In this document: positions 18,891-28,811 of the stretch, in pieces | Position numbering within the stretch: position 1 is the stretch's first letter | Layout: each line of letters starts with the position of its first letter | Source: Candidatus Curtissbacteria bacterium RIFOXYA1_FULL_41_14 | Lineage (GTDB): Bacteria > Patescibacteriota > Microgenomatia > Curtissbacterales > GWA2-41-24 | Assembly: GCA_001775095.1 (NCBI GenBank) | Contig: MFCA01000029.1 | Span: 153,173 to 217,172, forward strand | Reading direction: 5' to 3' | DNA length: 64,000 nt | Position numbers and translations under genes: made by a program | Notes under the pieces: generated by a model | Databases searched by the model: none | Told to the model about the DNA's origin: nothing | Seen by the model: the letters and a program-made list of their open reading frames with translations, nothing else

Positions 18891-19576
18891 TAGGATACCT
18901 TTTCGATAATTAAATAAGCTCTGTTTACTGTATCGGCAAATTTACGATTTGATAAAAAAGCATAAAGAATTGGATTAGACAAAAAATTAATAAGGAGCTT
19001 TGTAAAATATACTATCTGGCGAATAAATTTAATTTGAGGGTCAAACATATAAAAATAAAATAAATATTTATTTATGTAAATATTTCCTGAATAGACAATT
19101 TGAGTTTTTTTCAGATTAGTTAATTTCTTAATTTCTTTTGGTCTCGGCAAATGATACTTGATATGTTCCTCCAGATATTGTACATTTTTGCCTTTTTTCT
19201 TAAGCCATCTAATAATTTTCTTTTCTTGCAAATTGTGCATTTTTGTGCCTATCGGGAAAGATAAAATTATTTTTTTCGCAGCAACGCTGGTTAGTCTTGC
19301 AATAAATTTCTTTCTTTCGGCAGTCGGTAGGTGTTCCAGAACATCGATTGAACAAACGATATCAAATGAATTTTTATCAAACGGCAGATAATCTTCAGAA
19401 ATAATAACATCACCGCTTTTTAAATTCGCTACTGTTACTTTGACTCCACTTAAGAACTGAGATAGATGTCCAAGCTCCCCGCCAATATCTACCACAGTTT
19501 GACCTGTTTCGATGAAACTTGCTACTTTTTTGTGTCTCTCGTATACATCATAGGGCAAAAAAAATCTACTCATCAT
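18890..19576 (-). CDS. Class I SAM-dependent methyltransferase
   Basis: VVDIGG, LPF...SFD.V.SIDVLEH; start moved to ATG 19576 to avoid long overlap. Confidence 0.75.
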   Translation of the reverse strand: MMSRFFLPYDVYERHKKVASFIETGQTVVDIGGELGHLSQFLSGVKVTVANLKSGDVIISEDYLPFDKNSFDIVCSIDVLEHLPTAERKKFIARLTSVAAKKIILSFPIGTKMHNLQEKKIIRWLKKKGKNVQYLEEHIKYHLPRPKEIKKLTNLKKTQIVYSGNIYINKYLFYFYMFDPQIKFIRQIVYFTKLLINFLSNPILYAFLSNRKFADTVNRAYLIIEKVS

Positions 19577-20315
19577 GAGTTTGCAACTCCCATAAATAAG
19601 TAAGAACCATTGCTTTGTGATATGCCTGATAGATGGACTCAATTAAACCAACCGTACCGTCCAAGAAACCTTTCTTGACAAAGTAACGGTTAATAAATTC
19701 GAAAAGCATTCCTTTAACAACTTTCAAAATCGTCACTTGTGGATGTTTATCCTTGAGGGAAAGTTCTGCTTCGATTTTTGCCCATTTGATACTTTTATTG
19801 AGCATTTTAGACATGCTTTGAGCTGTAAAATGTGAAAGAGGCATTTTAAAATAACCGAAGTTACCCGTAATTTGCGGGCTTTCATGGACTTTTCCGTACC
19901 ATTTTACGAGATTTGTGCCCCTAAATAACCTAGGGACATAATCTGGCCAGAATCCTGTGTGCCTTAGCCATTTTCCTAATATAATGTTTTTTCTTGGAAA
20001 ATAGTAAGCAGCATATTTATCCTCATAAATTGCAGTTTTAATCTCTTTAACTAAAGTCTCGTTTAGCCTTTCATCAGCATCAACATAAAGCAGCCAATCC
20101 CCTTTTGCCATTTTTGCTAAAGTGTTTCGATTTTTATCAAAACCTTCCTCTTTGGTCTCAAAAATATCCTTTGTATATTTCCTGGCAATCCCGACAGTTT
20201 TGTCGCGGGAGTTTTGATCTAAGACTATAATCTGGTCAGCAAAACTGAGCTGTTTTAGGCAGTCATCAATCATTTCTTCTTCATCTTTTGTGAGGATAAG
20301 CGCTGAAATCTTCAT
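19566..20315 (-). CDS. GT2 glycosyltransferase (LgtF/KdtX-like)
   Basis: WLLYVDADER, WPDY.PRLF, VHE motifs. Confidence 0.88.
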   Translation of the reverse strand: MKISALILTKDEEEMIDDCLKQLSFADQIIVLDQNSRDKTVGIARKYTKDIFETKEEGFDKNRNTLAKMAKGDWLLYVDADERLNETLVKEIKTAIYEDKYAAYYFPRKNIILGKWLRHTGFWPDYVPRLFRGTNLVKWYGKVHESPQITGNFGYFKMPLSHFTAQSMSKMLNKSIKWAKIEAELSLKDKHPQVTILKVVKGMLFEFINRYFVKKGFLDGTVGLIESIYQAYHKAMVLTYLWELQTHDE

Positions 20316-21214
20316 TTTGAAAAACTGCCTTTGCCAAAGTTAAAAGTCGCAAAATCAACAAGCGCCTTCCGTTTGGCTGGTATATTTATTTGACTTAATG
20401 TTTGCTTGAGTACTGCAAGTTTAGTTCTTAAATTGGCGTATTTAAAAGCAAAAATCAGCCGATTGCGAGTGATAAAATAGTCTTGAAGTACAGAACCGGA
20501 TCCTCCGGCAGATCCTGCATTTTTGTGCCAAATAATTGCTTTTGGTTCAAAAAGTATTTTAAAGCCTGCTTTTAGTGTCCTAACACAAAAATCCATGTCC
20601 TCAAGATATAAAAAGTATTTTTCATCGAAAAAACCTATTTTTTCAAAAACTTCCTTTTTGACTAACATACAGGCACCCGTGGCTAAATCGACTTCTTTTC
20701 TTTTAGAAAATTGGCCGCGATCCACATCGTCAACGCCTATGTGTTTACCGATAATATCTCCCCAATCAATCTTGCCGCCTGCGTACCAGATTACTTTACC
20801 GCGCTGACTTTTAGTATATCGCGATTTGTGGAATTCAAAGCCGGGAGCAAAATAAATTTTTGGTGAAATAATATCGCCATATTGAGAGGACTTTACCAAA
20901 TTCAAGAGAAAAGATTTATCGACTATCGTATCATTGTTTAAAACTAAAACGGCATCTGCATTTTGCCCAAGGGCCTTTTTGATTCCAATATTATTTCCAC
21001 CTGCATAGCCAAGATTTTGGTGATTTTCTATAAAATCAATGTCCTTGATTTTCGAAAGTGCCTCAGAAGATCCGTCATCTGAGTTATTATCAACAACAAT
21101 AACTTCCATTTTGGTTCCATCTTTATCGCACTTCTTTAGGGAATCCAGACACGCAAGGGTATTTTCAAGACCTTTATAATTTAAAATGATAGCTTCTATT
21201 TTTAATTTACCCAT
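20312..21214 (-). CDS. GT2 glycosyltransferase
   Basis: IILNY, VVDN.S.D, NLGYAGGNN, LNNDT, YLEDMDFC. Confidence 0.9.
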   Translation of the reverse strand: MGKLKIEAIILNYKGLENTLACLDSLKKCDKDGTKMEVIVVDNNSDDGSSEALSKIKDIDFIENHQNLGYAGGNNIGIKKALGQNADAVLVLNNDTIVDKSFLLNLVKSSQYGDIISPKIYFAPGFEFHKSRYTKSQRGKVIWYAGGKIDWGDIIGKHIGVDDVDRGQFSKRKEVDLATGACMLVKKEVFEKIGFFDEKYFLYLEDMDFCVRTLKAGFKILFEPKAIIWHKNAGSAGGSGSVLQDYFITRNRLIFAFKYANLRTKLAVLKQTLSQINIPAKRKALVDFATFNFGKGSFSK

Positions 21215-24018
21215 GGTTGCCGACTTTCAATTAGGCTGGAAGGAGATAAGAATTTTGAAAATGACTGAAATTCAAAACTAAATATACCCGGAGTATAACC
21301 TTTAAAGCCAATCAATTTTGAGTCAGGAACTGACAAACCAAAAGTTGGTGTAGAATCTATTCTCGAATATTTAAAAATTTTTAAAAGAGATTTAATAGGG
21401 AACATTATTTTATTATAGTAAGTTAGTAGCGTTAATTTATTCATGTTTAAGTCGTGGTCTTGAAGTGAAGATTTGGCTACATCTTTCCCGTCAATTGTAA
21501 TGCCATTCGTATTGATTTGCACTTCCCTATTATCAAACTTCAAAGTTATACGATCAAATTTTTCTTTAAATTCAATTTTTCTTGTCGAACCTAGACTAAT
21601 TTGATTCCAAAACATCAAATTATCAATAACTGCTGGAATTTTTCTATCAAGATACGTGTTCTTATCAGCATAAAGATAATCTCTAAGTGGCGTATTGGAG
21701 TAATAACGCAAATCTTTTAAGATATAATTTGATCCTTCTTTAAAAATTGCTGCTCTAAATTTTGGAGACATATACCAAAAGCTGTCATCTTTAAATATAA
21801 AGTGGGACGGAGAAATGCCCGGATATTTACTTTGATACCAATCTGCAAAACCACCCATTGTGACATCTTTAATGATATTTTGCTCTTTAAGAAATTGAGT
21901 TTTGACAAGTTGTTTATCAAATTCTTCTTTAAATCTGACAGCCTCCTGACCAGCTTCAAGGCCGATTGTTATTTGAACAAAATCATTTCTTTGATTTCCT
22001 AAATATATGGAGAGTAAATTTTCAAAATAGGAAAAATTAAACCCATTGCTAATGTAGTCATTTGCTTGAAAACTCTGCCTCGAATCTTTAATTTCTTTGC
22101 CATAACCTGAGATCGGGTCTCTTTGTGCCCATTGGATATTGACAACTGGAATTTTATTCGACTGATTTGACGCTGGTTCAAGGGCATTAAATTTTGCAGG
22201 ATAAAAAGGCATCCCCCAATATTTTCCCCAGATAGAGGCTGCATCGGTATCGTATTGGTCAGCTACCGTCAATGCAGATCTGACACCGAATTTGACAAGG
22301 TAGGCTTGGGAGTTAGCATCAATATACCAGGCTCCAACTGACTGAGGTAACTTTTTAAAAATTGTTTTAAATTTTGAAAAGTAAGTTTTTATTAATTTTT
22401 GGCGATCATTGGGGGTGTACCCAGATAAGAATACTTTATCCGGACGATAATAATCCCCATCAGCAAACTTATATGAAACTTTTGCATCTGTTGCCCATTT
22501 CTCACTAACTTCTAAAAAAGCGCCTATTTCCTGATTTTTATTCAATGATTTAAAAATATCAATTAGTTCATTATCTGACAAATTATCATATTGTAAAAGC
22601 CAAGTTGCTGAAAGATTTTTATCCTCAATTGCCTTTATTTGACTTGAAAGAGCATTCGTAGATCCATCAATCCAAAGCTTTCGATCTCTGACTGGATTAA
22701 CGATAGTTATAAAATTTTCCTTTTGTTGGAGTGCTTCTTCTTTTTTGGAAAGTTTAACCAGTCGCATGTCACTTTTTATTTCCCAAACTTTGGAAATGAC
22801 AGATGGCTGAAAACTGGCAATTTCAAAAAGGGTATTTTCCTGGACTACTCTGGCTGGATCACGAGTAATCACATAAAGACTGTCAACTTTATTATAATTC
22901 TCAACGTCTTGGGGCTTTTTACCAAAGATTTCTACCAAATACCGATAAGGCATTGCGCGGGAGTCACCATCAAGGTTAGATGCAATGTTAAAAGAATCAC
23001 CATTAACATCATTGGTAATTAGTTTGGAAATTTTTATCAACTCAACGATTGTTAAATCTTCTGGCATACGAAACCCATGATTTGGTTTGGGAGGGTATAT
23101 TGCAAGAGAAGTCACTAGTAGAAATAGAAACAAGAATAAAATAACTTTCAAATTAATTCTATTTCTTAATAAGTAGGTGAGAAAAATAAATAAAAATAAA
23201 GAAAAAGTTAAAAAGTAATGCGGCATATATATATTACTACTTTCGCTTAATGCACCGAGATTTTGTGAAAATAAAACGAGAGTCCTAAAGTTATAAAAAT
23301 TATGTCTTAGTTCGAATAGAATTATAGGAAAGAAACCTAAAATAAAACCAGTAATGAAGATGGCTCCAAAATAATACTTACGCTCTTGGGTTAGAAGGTA
23401 GAATATTAAAATCCCTATTGCGATGAGTATAAATTGATAATGAAACTGAGTCAGTAGGCCTGTATAAAGCGCTATCGAAAAAAAATACCAAGCTTTTCGT
23501 CTAACTCTAAATATCCCCATCAAAAAAATCAGGCCCGTTAATAGGACAAACTCGTACGTGGAATTCCATAGAAATCTCGTGTAATTTATGTAAAATGGCA
23601 GTAAACTATAAAGTGTGACTATAACAATGGCAGCGGATTTATTAACTAAAAATTTAACTCCAAAATATAAAGGGATGGTCATTACGGCTGCAAATAACAT
23701 AAATATGTAGGATGCAGTTATTGGATTAAAGTTGCCAAGAGTTAGAAATATTAGATGAAAATAATAAATCGCTGGCCCTTGAAAAATTTCTCTTCCTTCA
23801 AAACTTAGAGAGGAAGGTGGTCCGATTAATGTTGGCGATTTTTCTCTAAATATTTCTTGGCTTTTTATAGAGAAAACAGCTTGGTCTGTAGAAAAGGTTA
23901 AGTAAAGAGGAAAATGAATATTTCTTATGAGAATGAACAGGGAAACAAAAAATATAAGTATTACTATTTCTTTGCGCATAATTCTTTTAACAATCGGTCT
24001 GAAAATGTGGTTACACAC
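21202..24018 (-). CDS. GT-C membrane glycosyltransferase fused to a large extracytoplasmic carbohydrate-active-like domain
   Basis: N-terminal about 420 aa similar to 47762..49273 (FSTDQ, TLIGP, GP.YY); soluble C-terminal region with ATWLLQYD..EIG.FLE..W and WGMPFYP. Confidence 0.7.
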   Translation of the reverse strand: MCNHIFRPIVKRIMRKEIVILIFFVSLFILIRNIHFPLYLTFSTDQAVFSIKSQEIFREKSPTLIGPPSSLSFEGREIFQGPAIYYFHLIFLTLGNFNPITASYIFMLFAAVMTIPLYFGVKFLVNKSAAIVIVTLYSLLPFYINYTRFLWNSTYEFVLLTGLIFLMGIFRVRRKAWYFFSIALYTGLLTQFHYQFILIAIGILIFYLLTQERKYYFGAIFITGFILGFFPIILFELRHNFYNFRTLVLFSQNLGALSESSNIYMPHYFLTFSLFLFIFLTYLLRNRINLKVILFLFLFLLVTSLAIYPPKPNHGFRMPEDLTIVELIKISKLITNDVNGDSFNIASNLDGDSRAMPYRYLVEIFGKKPQDVENYNKVDSLYVITRDPARVVQENTLFEIASFQPSVISKVWEIKSDMRLVKLSKKEEALQQKENFITIVNPVRDRKLWIDGSTNALSSQIKAIEDKNLSATWLLQYDNLSDNELIDIFKSLNKNQEIGAFLEVSEKWATDAKVSYKFADGDYYRPDKVFLSGYTPNDRQKLIKTYFSKFKTIFKKLPQSVGAWYIDANSQAYLVKFGVRSALTVADQYDTDAASIWGKYWGMPFYPAKFNALEPASNQSNKIPVVNIQWAQRDPISGYGKEIKDSRQSFQANDYISNGFNFSYFENLLSIYLGNQRNDFVQITIGLEAGQEAVRFKEEFDKQLVKTQFLKEQNIIKDVTMGGFADWYQSKYPGISPSHFIFKDDSFWYMSPKFRAAIFKEGSNYILKDLRYYSNTPLRDYLYADKNTYLDRKIPAVIDNLMFWNQISLGSTRKIEFKEKFDRITLKFDNREVQINTNGITIDGKDVAKSSLQDHDLNMNKLTLLTYYNKIMFPIKSLLKIFKYSRIDSTPTFGLSVPDSKLIGFKGYTPGIFSFEFQSFSKFLSPSSLIESRQPWVN

Positions 24019-24055
24019 TATGAAATTATATCAGGGGATAGTTGAGTGTGGAAAA

Positions 24056-24085
24056 TTGACAGATCGTGGAGTTATCTAATACACT
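24056..24085 (+). promoter_or_regulatory. Putative sigma70 promoter for cyclophilin gene
   Basis: TTGACA (24056) - 18 nt - TACACT (24080). Confidence 0.5.
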
Positions 24086-24093
24086 AGTTACAC

Positions 24094-24693
24094 TTGATGA
24101 AAAATCTGGCGATTGCAACCGTAGGACTCATAATCGTCATTGTTCTTGTATTTTTGTTCTCGTCAAAACAGAAGGGTGTTAATGAGGAAAATTCACCATC
24201 GCCAATTCCATCAGAAACACCTACATTAAACAGCATGGCAAACTTACCATTCTCTGTTCTTACAAAAGAGGAGATTGAAAGTAAAAAAGTGAGAATTAGT
24301 ACCGCGAAAGGTGATATCGTCTTTGAACTCTTTGGAGATGCTCCTATTGCATCATCAAACTTCATTTATCTAACGGAGGGGAAATTTTATGACGGCTTGA
24401 CTTTTCATCGACGAGAAGAGGGGTTCGTCATCCAAGGTGGAGATCCTAAAGGCAATGGAACAGGTGATCCAGGATATAAATTTTCGGACGAGCCAGTCAT
24501 CCGCGATTACACCCGCGGAATTGTAGCTATGGCCAACTCGGGTCCTAACACTAACGGCAGCCAATTTTTCATAATGCTTGCTGATACATCTTTACCTAAA
24601 CAATACACAATTTTCGGAAATGTAACTAGTGGTATGGAAGTAGTCGACCAAATACAAGTCGGGGACGTGATGGAAAAAGTGACAATTGAGTAG
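24094..24693 (+). CDS. Membrane-anchored cyclophilin-type peptidyl-prolyl isomerase
   Basis: FYDGLTFHR, FVIQGGDP, GIVAMANSGPNTNGSQFFI; N-terminal TM and Pro/Ser/Thr linker. Confidence 0.92.
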   Translation: MMKNLAIATVGLIIVIVLVFLFSSKQKGVNEENSPSPIPSETPTLNSMANLPFSVLTKEEIESKKVRISTAKGDIVFELFGDAPIASSNFIYLTEGKFYDGLTFHRREEGFVIQGGDPKGNGTGDPGYKFSDEPVIRDYTRGIVAMANSGPNTNGSQFFIMLADTSLPKQYTIFGNVTSGMEVVDQIQVGDVMEKVTIE

Positions 24694-24694
24694 T

Positions 24695-25615
24695 TTAGCC
24701 TAATTTTCTTCGAATTTTATAGTAGAGTTCTCTGGCAGGATTTTCGATAATTAATGTCTGAAATATCCAATATCTGATATCTTTGGCCGTTTTTGAAAAT
24801 TCCTGGATAACTTCAGAGAGGAAATTGTCAGGCGTTAAGTCCTTAAATTTTTCTTTTCTTTCCCAGACTTTGGCAAAAAAAACAAATGCATAGAAGGCTT
24901 GAAATATGGAAAGAACCAGTCCATGTAAGCCGTCCTTATAACCTTTTTCAAAGAAAAAAGTTTTAGCAAAATCTGCAACTGGCCAGCGAATAGAATCGTA
25001 CCAATTGATAGATTTACCGGATTTAATAAAATTTTCCGTCTCCGACTCCGTATAAGTCGTGTCTAACTTTTTAATAAATTGAGAGACAGTTTGATAATTA
25101 TAATGAACCATCGGGTTCCTGAGTTTACCTACTTCTCCTCTAACTTCCAGTTTTTCATGGACATGTTTTTGGGGAAATTTACCCATCCCCCTTCTAAAGA
25201 GTCTCAAGTTATAATCGGGCCACCAAATGGAGTGCTCTATCCATTTACCGAAAATTATATTTTTCCTGGGGATCTCATATCCCGCCTTCGCTGAAGCTTC
25301 GGCGGGCAAGCCTGAAATTACTTTCCGTATCTCTTCAGTGAGTTTTGGGGTAATTCTTTCATCAGCGTCAAGTGAAAGAATCCAGTCACTAGTTGCCTTC
25401 CCAAAACCAAAATTTTTATTTTTATTTAGCATGACGGGATCATTGGGACGAATAAATATTTTATCGGTATATTTTTTGGCTATTTCAACAGTTTTATCAG
25501 AGGAAGTATTGTCAACAAAAATAATTTCGTCAGTTAAACTTTTAATCGACTTGAGGCAATCTTCGATTGTTCTTTCTTCGTTGTAAGCGGAGATAACGGC
25601 ACTAATTTTTTTCAT
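24695..25615 (-). CDS. GT2 glycosyltransferase (LgtF/KdtX-like)
   Basis: WILSLDADER, WWPDY.LRLF, VHE. Confidence 0.88.
   Translation of the reverse strand: MKKISAVISAYNEERTIEDCLKSIKSLTDEIIFVDNTSSDKTVEIAKKYTDKIFIRPNDPVMLNKNKNFGFGKATSDWILSLDADERITPKLTEEIRKVISGLPAEASAKAGYEIPRKNIIFGKWIEHSIWWPDYNLRLFRRGMGKFPQKHVHEKLEVRGEVGKLRNPMVHYNYQTVSQFIKKLDTTYTESETENFIKSGKSINWYDSIRWPVADFAKTFFFEKGYKDGLHGLVLSIFQAFYAFVFFAKVWERKEKFKDLTPDNFLSEVIQEFSKTAKDIRYWIFQTLIIENPARELYYKIRRKLG
25281..25310. repeat. 30-bp palindromic element in frame in GT2
   Basis: cccgccttcgctgaagcttcggcgggcaag encodes LPAEASAKAG; same family as 5485-5514. Confidence 0.85.
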
Positions 25616-27096
25616 CTTGAAAACAAAGATCTAATAATAATTATTGCATCTTCGGTGAGGTGTCTTTTGAAAACGGCAAATGAAAGCGCAAAATATATTA
25701 TAGCACCAATAATAATTGTCAAAATCAAACCGAAAATATCCTTTACCAGAACATTAACGGTAATTTTAACTAATAAAAACATAAGGGCAGAAATTGCAAA
25801 TGGTCCGAATATGTTTTTGCCCACCGACACCGGTATTTCCTTTTTAACAAAATAGATAATGGCAATGGAGGTAGCAGCAACTATTGCTGAGGCAAGGCCA
25901 ACTCCGATATATCCAAATTTTACAACTAACGGGTAAGTCAGCACCCATGTTGCTACTGTCCAAAAGACCATAAATTTTAAAACGATCTTGGGTCTGTTAA
26001 TTGCGAATAAACTGTTTGTAAATGTGGTTGATACTGCCGAGAAAATGCTATTGACAGCAAAAAAATAAAGCAAAGGCAATGCTGGCTCCCATTTGTTGTA
26101 TTTTGGAATAACCTCAAGCAGTTTTGGAGCTATTGCTGCCATGCCAAAAACTGAAGGGTAAACGAAATAAGTTACAAAAAACAGAGATTTCTCAACGGCC
26201 TTGCTCAGTTCATTAGTGTGAGATTGGAGCCGGGAGTATGCTGGAAATGTGACTTTATTGACATTGTCCATAAAAAAGCGCAGCGGTATAAATGCCCATT
26301 TTTGGGCCCAGCCGATGTAGCCGACTTGGGCGAAAGGCAAAATTTTCCCGAGAAATGCCGTTAGAAGATCGTCTTTTAAAAGAGCAAGGACACTATTTGC
26401 CTGAAAGGGTATACCAAAGGAAGTTAATCTTTTGGCATTTTTCAAACTTATGCCTATTGCCGGACGCCAGGGTGAAAGAATATATATTAGAACTAGGCCA
26501 ACTATTCCTCTTGCTAGAACAGCCCATGTAAATGCTGCAATGCCGAATTTTAAATATGCTAAAACAACTGCTACAGTATAAAAGACAATATTCTCGGCAA
26601 TTTGCGGAATAACTAAAAGCGTAAAGTTTAGTTTCCTCTCAAGGAGGATAGAAGGAATTGTTTTTAGAGAGGATAAAACCAAGGAAAAGATGAGTACTCT
26701 AAGAAGTAATAACCCTTGGTAATCAAGTTTATAAAAAGCGGCAATTTTCGCGGAGATCATTAAGCCAATTACAACCAAGGAGAAAATAATAAGTTGCTGA
26801 ATTGTAAATGTTGAAACTAAATCATCTCGAGATGGTTCTTCTTTCTTTTGAATTAAGGCAGCAGCGAGCCCAACATCCGAAAAATAGATGAAGAGATTAA
26901 TAATTGCTGAAACGACAAAGAAAATCCCAAAAATTTCCGGTGCAAGAAGTATTGTCAGGATGAAAGTTGCCAAGAAAGTAAACGCCTGAACAAAAAAAGT
27001 CCTTAAAGTAAACGTAACAACTCCGGCAATCGCCTTCTTTTTAATCAGTTCAATATCAAGTAAGGAATCCGTCTCTGTCATCGAATATTTCTCCAT
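25612..27096 (-). CDS. wzx: Oligosaccharide flippase (Wzx/PST family)
   Basis: LL.PE.FG, D.GL.AALIQ, V.FPAYSRLQ; many TM segments. Confidence 0.85.
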   Translation of the reverse strand: MEKYSMTETDSLLDIELIKKKAIAGVVTFTLRTFFVQAFTFLATFILTILLAPEIFGIFFVVSAIINLFIYFSDVGLAAALIQKKEEPSRDDLVSTFTIQQLIIFSLVVIGLMISAKIAAFYKLDYQGLLLLRVLIFSLVLSSLKTIPSILLERKLNFTLLVIPQIAENIVFYTVAVVLAYLKFGIAAFTWAVLARGIVGLVLIYILSPWRPAIGISLKNAKRLTSFGIPFQANSVLALLKDDLLTAFLGKILPFAQVGYIGWAQKWAFIPLRFFMDNVNKVTFPAYSRLQSHTNELSKAVEKSLFFVTYFVYPSVFGMAAIAPKLLEVIPKYNKWEPALPLLYFFAVNSIFSAVSTTFTNSLFAINRPKIVLKFMVFWTVATWVLTYPLVVKFGYIGVGLASAIVAATSIAIIYFVKKEIPVSVGKNIFGPFAISALMFLLVKITVNVLVKDIFGLILTIIIGAIIYFALSFAVFKRHLTEDAIIIIRSLFSR

Positions 27097-28811
27097 CTTA
27101 GCCGAAGGATATATATAATTATCATAGTAATTATTGTACCAATTGTTATTGTGTTTGCTTGCGTCCGAACAGGAGTGTTGGTAAATACTACCTCAATCTG
27201 ATGAGATCCTTCGGGAACATCTATCGTTATCAATTTATAAGGATTGTTGTCCTGAATTATTGTCTTTTGACCATCAATCTTGGCTTGCCAACCGGGAAAA
27301 TTGAATACGTTTACTCTGACTGGGGATGTTTTTTGAGCATTTGACGTGAACTGGATCTTAGAAGGACTGCCTTTGAGATTTTCTATCTTAGTTGTTCCTT
27401 GAATTAATCGAACTTTTTCTCTAGGAATTTGGCATGTCCCGATCCTTAAAAGGTTAGTATCGTTTGGACTTTTATAAAGGGGCAGACCGACAGGAACGTA
27501 CTCGAAAGACGACCTGGAAACATCCCAATTAATAATCTTTTTTGACGTTGCGATCTCATCTGTTAAATCCGGACGATATGTCTGGGGTTTAAAAAGTTTA
27601 AAGTTTGTGACGACAAGAAGGGTTATTAGAATTAAAGAGGCTATCAGTCTTAATATAGGTAGTTTTAAAAGATAGATGAAGGCACCAGCCAGAATTGATG
27701 AAAAAAGAGATGTGAATATTAAGAAGCGCCATGGGAATTGGAGATAACCAAGAGGGGTGACTAAATCCCAAATTAGTTTGGAGTAACTGGTGGTCATGAA
27801 AGCACTAAAGACAAACAAGAAAAAATTGAAAATTGAAAATTGAAAATTGAAAATTTCTTTTCGAGTATAGGACTTTAATTTGTTTCTAACTAAATAAATT
27901 ATGGCAAAAAATAAAGACATTACGGACAAGACTATGTGGAGCTTGCCGATTTTAAAGGAAATTCCATCAGCAAGCCCAGCGGCTGACCCGCCAAAACCCC
28001 AAGGCCAATTCCAAAGCTGCTGTGGAAAAACGAAATGAATATTGTAATTGGCAAGATTCACCAAAAGTAATTGGTCAACAATTGTAAATTTTTTCTCTAA
28101 AATTGCCGGGGCCCAGAAAAACGCCGACAGTCCTAAAGCCAAAACAGTAGACAGTAGACAGTGGGCAGTGGACAGAATTTTTGTATTCGATTTCCATATT
28201 AAAAATAATAAATAGAAAGGTAGGATGAGCATAAATGGTAGAAAGATAAGATTATGAGTGATCATTAAAAGTGCCAGAAATACAGCTGATAGATAGATAT
28301 AAATTGTTTTGTTCGTTTTAACTAATTTATAAAATGACCAAAGAATTACCGGGAGCCAAACGAAAGAAAAAGATTCTGCCAGTGCTCCTCTGATGTAAAC
28401 GTCTATAGCTCTATAAGGAACCAGTATGTAAAAAAACGCGCTGACAATTCCGGCATATCTGCCCCAAAACTCTTTTACCAAAATATACATCGCTAAACCC
28501 GAAGCAAATATTGAGGTAAAAAAAACAAGCTTTATTGAATCTATGAAACTAAAACCTATTAAATGGAATAATTCTCCAACCATATAAACTAGAGGCGGAT
28601 AAAATACAAATAAGGGATAACCAAAACCAAATCCCAGTTCGTCAACCCAACGAGGCGGAAATTGACCGGCTTTTAGGGCCTGATCAAAAAGAAGAAGACG
28701 GGCAATCTGCTGATCATCGTGGATTATAAAAAGTCCGGGTTTAAGAAGAGGTAATGACACCAGGATACTGAAGAAAAGAATTAGTAATATAGGAATCAAG
28801 CCTTTTTTCAT
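27078..28811 (-). CDS. PTPS-related/YfhO-like GT-C membrane protein
   Basis: GQFPPRW, GYPLF.FYPP, RGALAE, QFPWRFL, FPGWQAKIDG. Confidence 0.8.
   Translation of the reverse strand: MKKGLIPILLILFFSILVSLPLLKPGLFIIHDDQQIARLLLFDQALKAGQFPPRWVDELGFGFGYPLFVFYPPLVYMVGELFHLIGFSFIDSIKLVFFTSIFASGLAMYILVKEFWGRYAGIVSAFFYILVPYRAIDVYIRGALAESFSFVWLPVILWSFYKLVKTNKTIYIYLSAVFLALLMITHNLIFLPFMLILPFYLLFLIWKSNTKILSTAHCLLSTVLALGLSAFFWAPAILEKKFTIVDQLLLVNLANYNIHFVFPQQLWNWPWGFGGSAAGLADGISFKIGKLHIVLSVMSLFFAIIYLVRNKLKSYTRKEIFNFQFSIFNFFLFVFSAFMTTSYSKLIWDLVTPLGYLQFPWRFLIFTSLFSSILAGAFIYLLKLPILRLIASLILITLLVVTNFKLFKPQTYRPDLTDEIATSKKIINWDVSRSSFEYVPVGLPLYKSPNDTNLLRIGTCQIPREKVRLIQGTTKIENLKGSPSKIQFTSNAQKTSPVRVNVFNFPGWQAKIDGQKTIIQDNNPYKLITIDVPEGSHQIEVVFTNTPVRTQANTITIGTIITMIIIYILRLRWRNIR
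27822..27856. repeat. Heptamer array (AAAATTG)x4 perfect plus one degenerate, in CDS
   Basis: Encodes IFNFQFSIFNF. Confidence 0.9.
28144..28178. repeat. Heptamer array (RCAGTRG-type) in CDS
   Basis: acagtag acagtag acagtgg gcagtgg acagaat; encodes ILSTAHCLLSTV. Confidence 0.85.

Noticed and set aside
19577-19642. Longer start for the methyltransferase
   Set aside because: Overlaps the upstream GT2 by about 75 nt; ATG 19576 is more plausible
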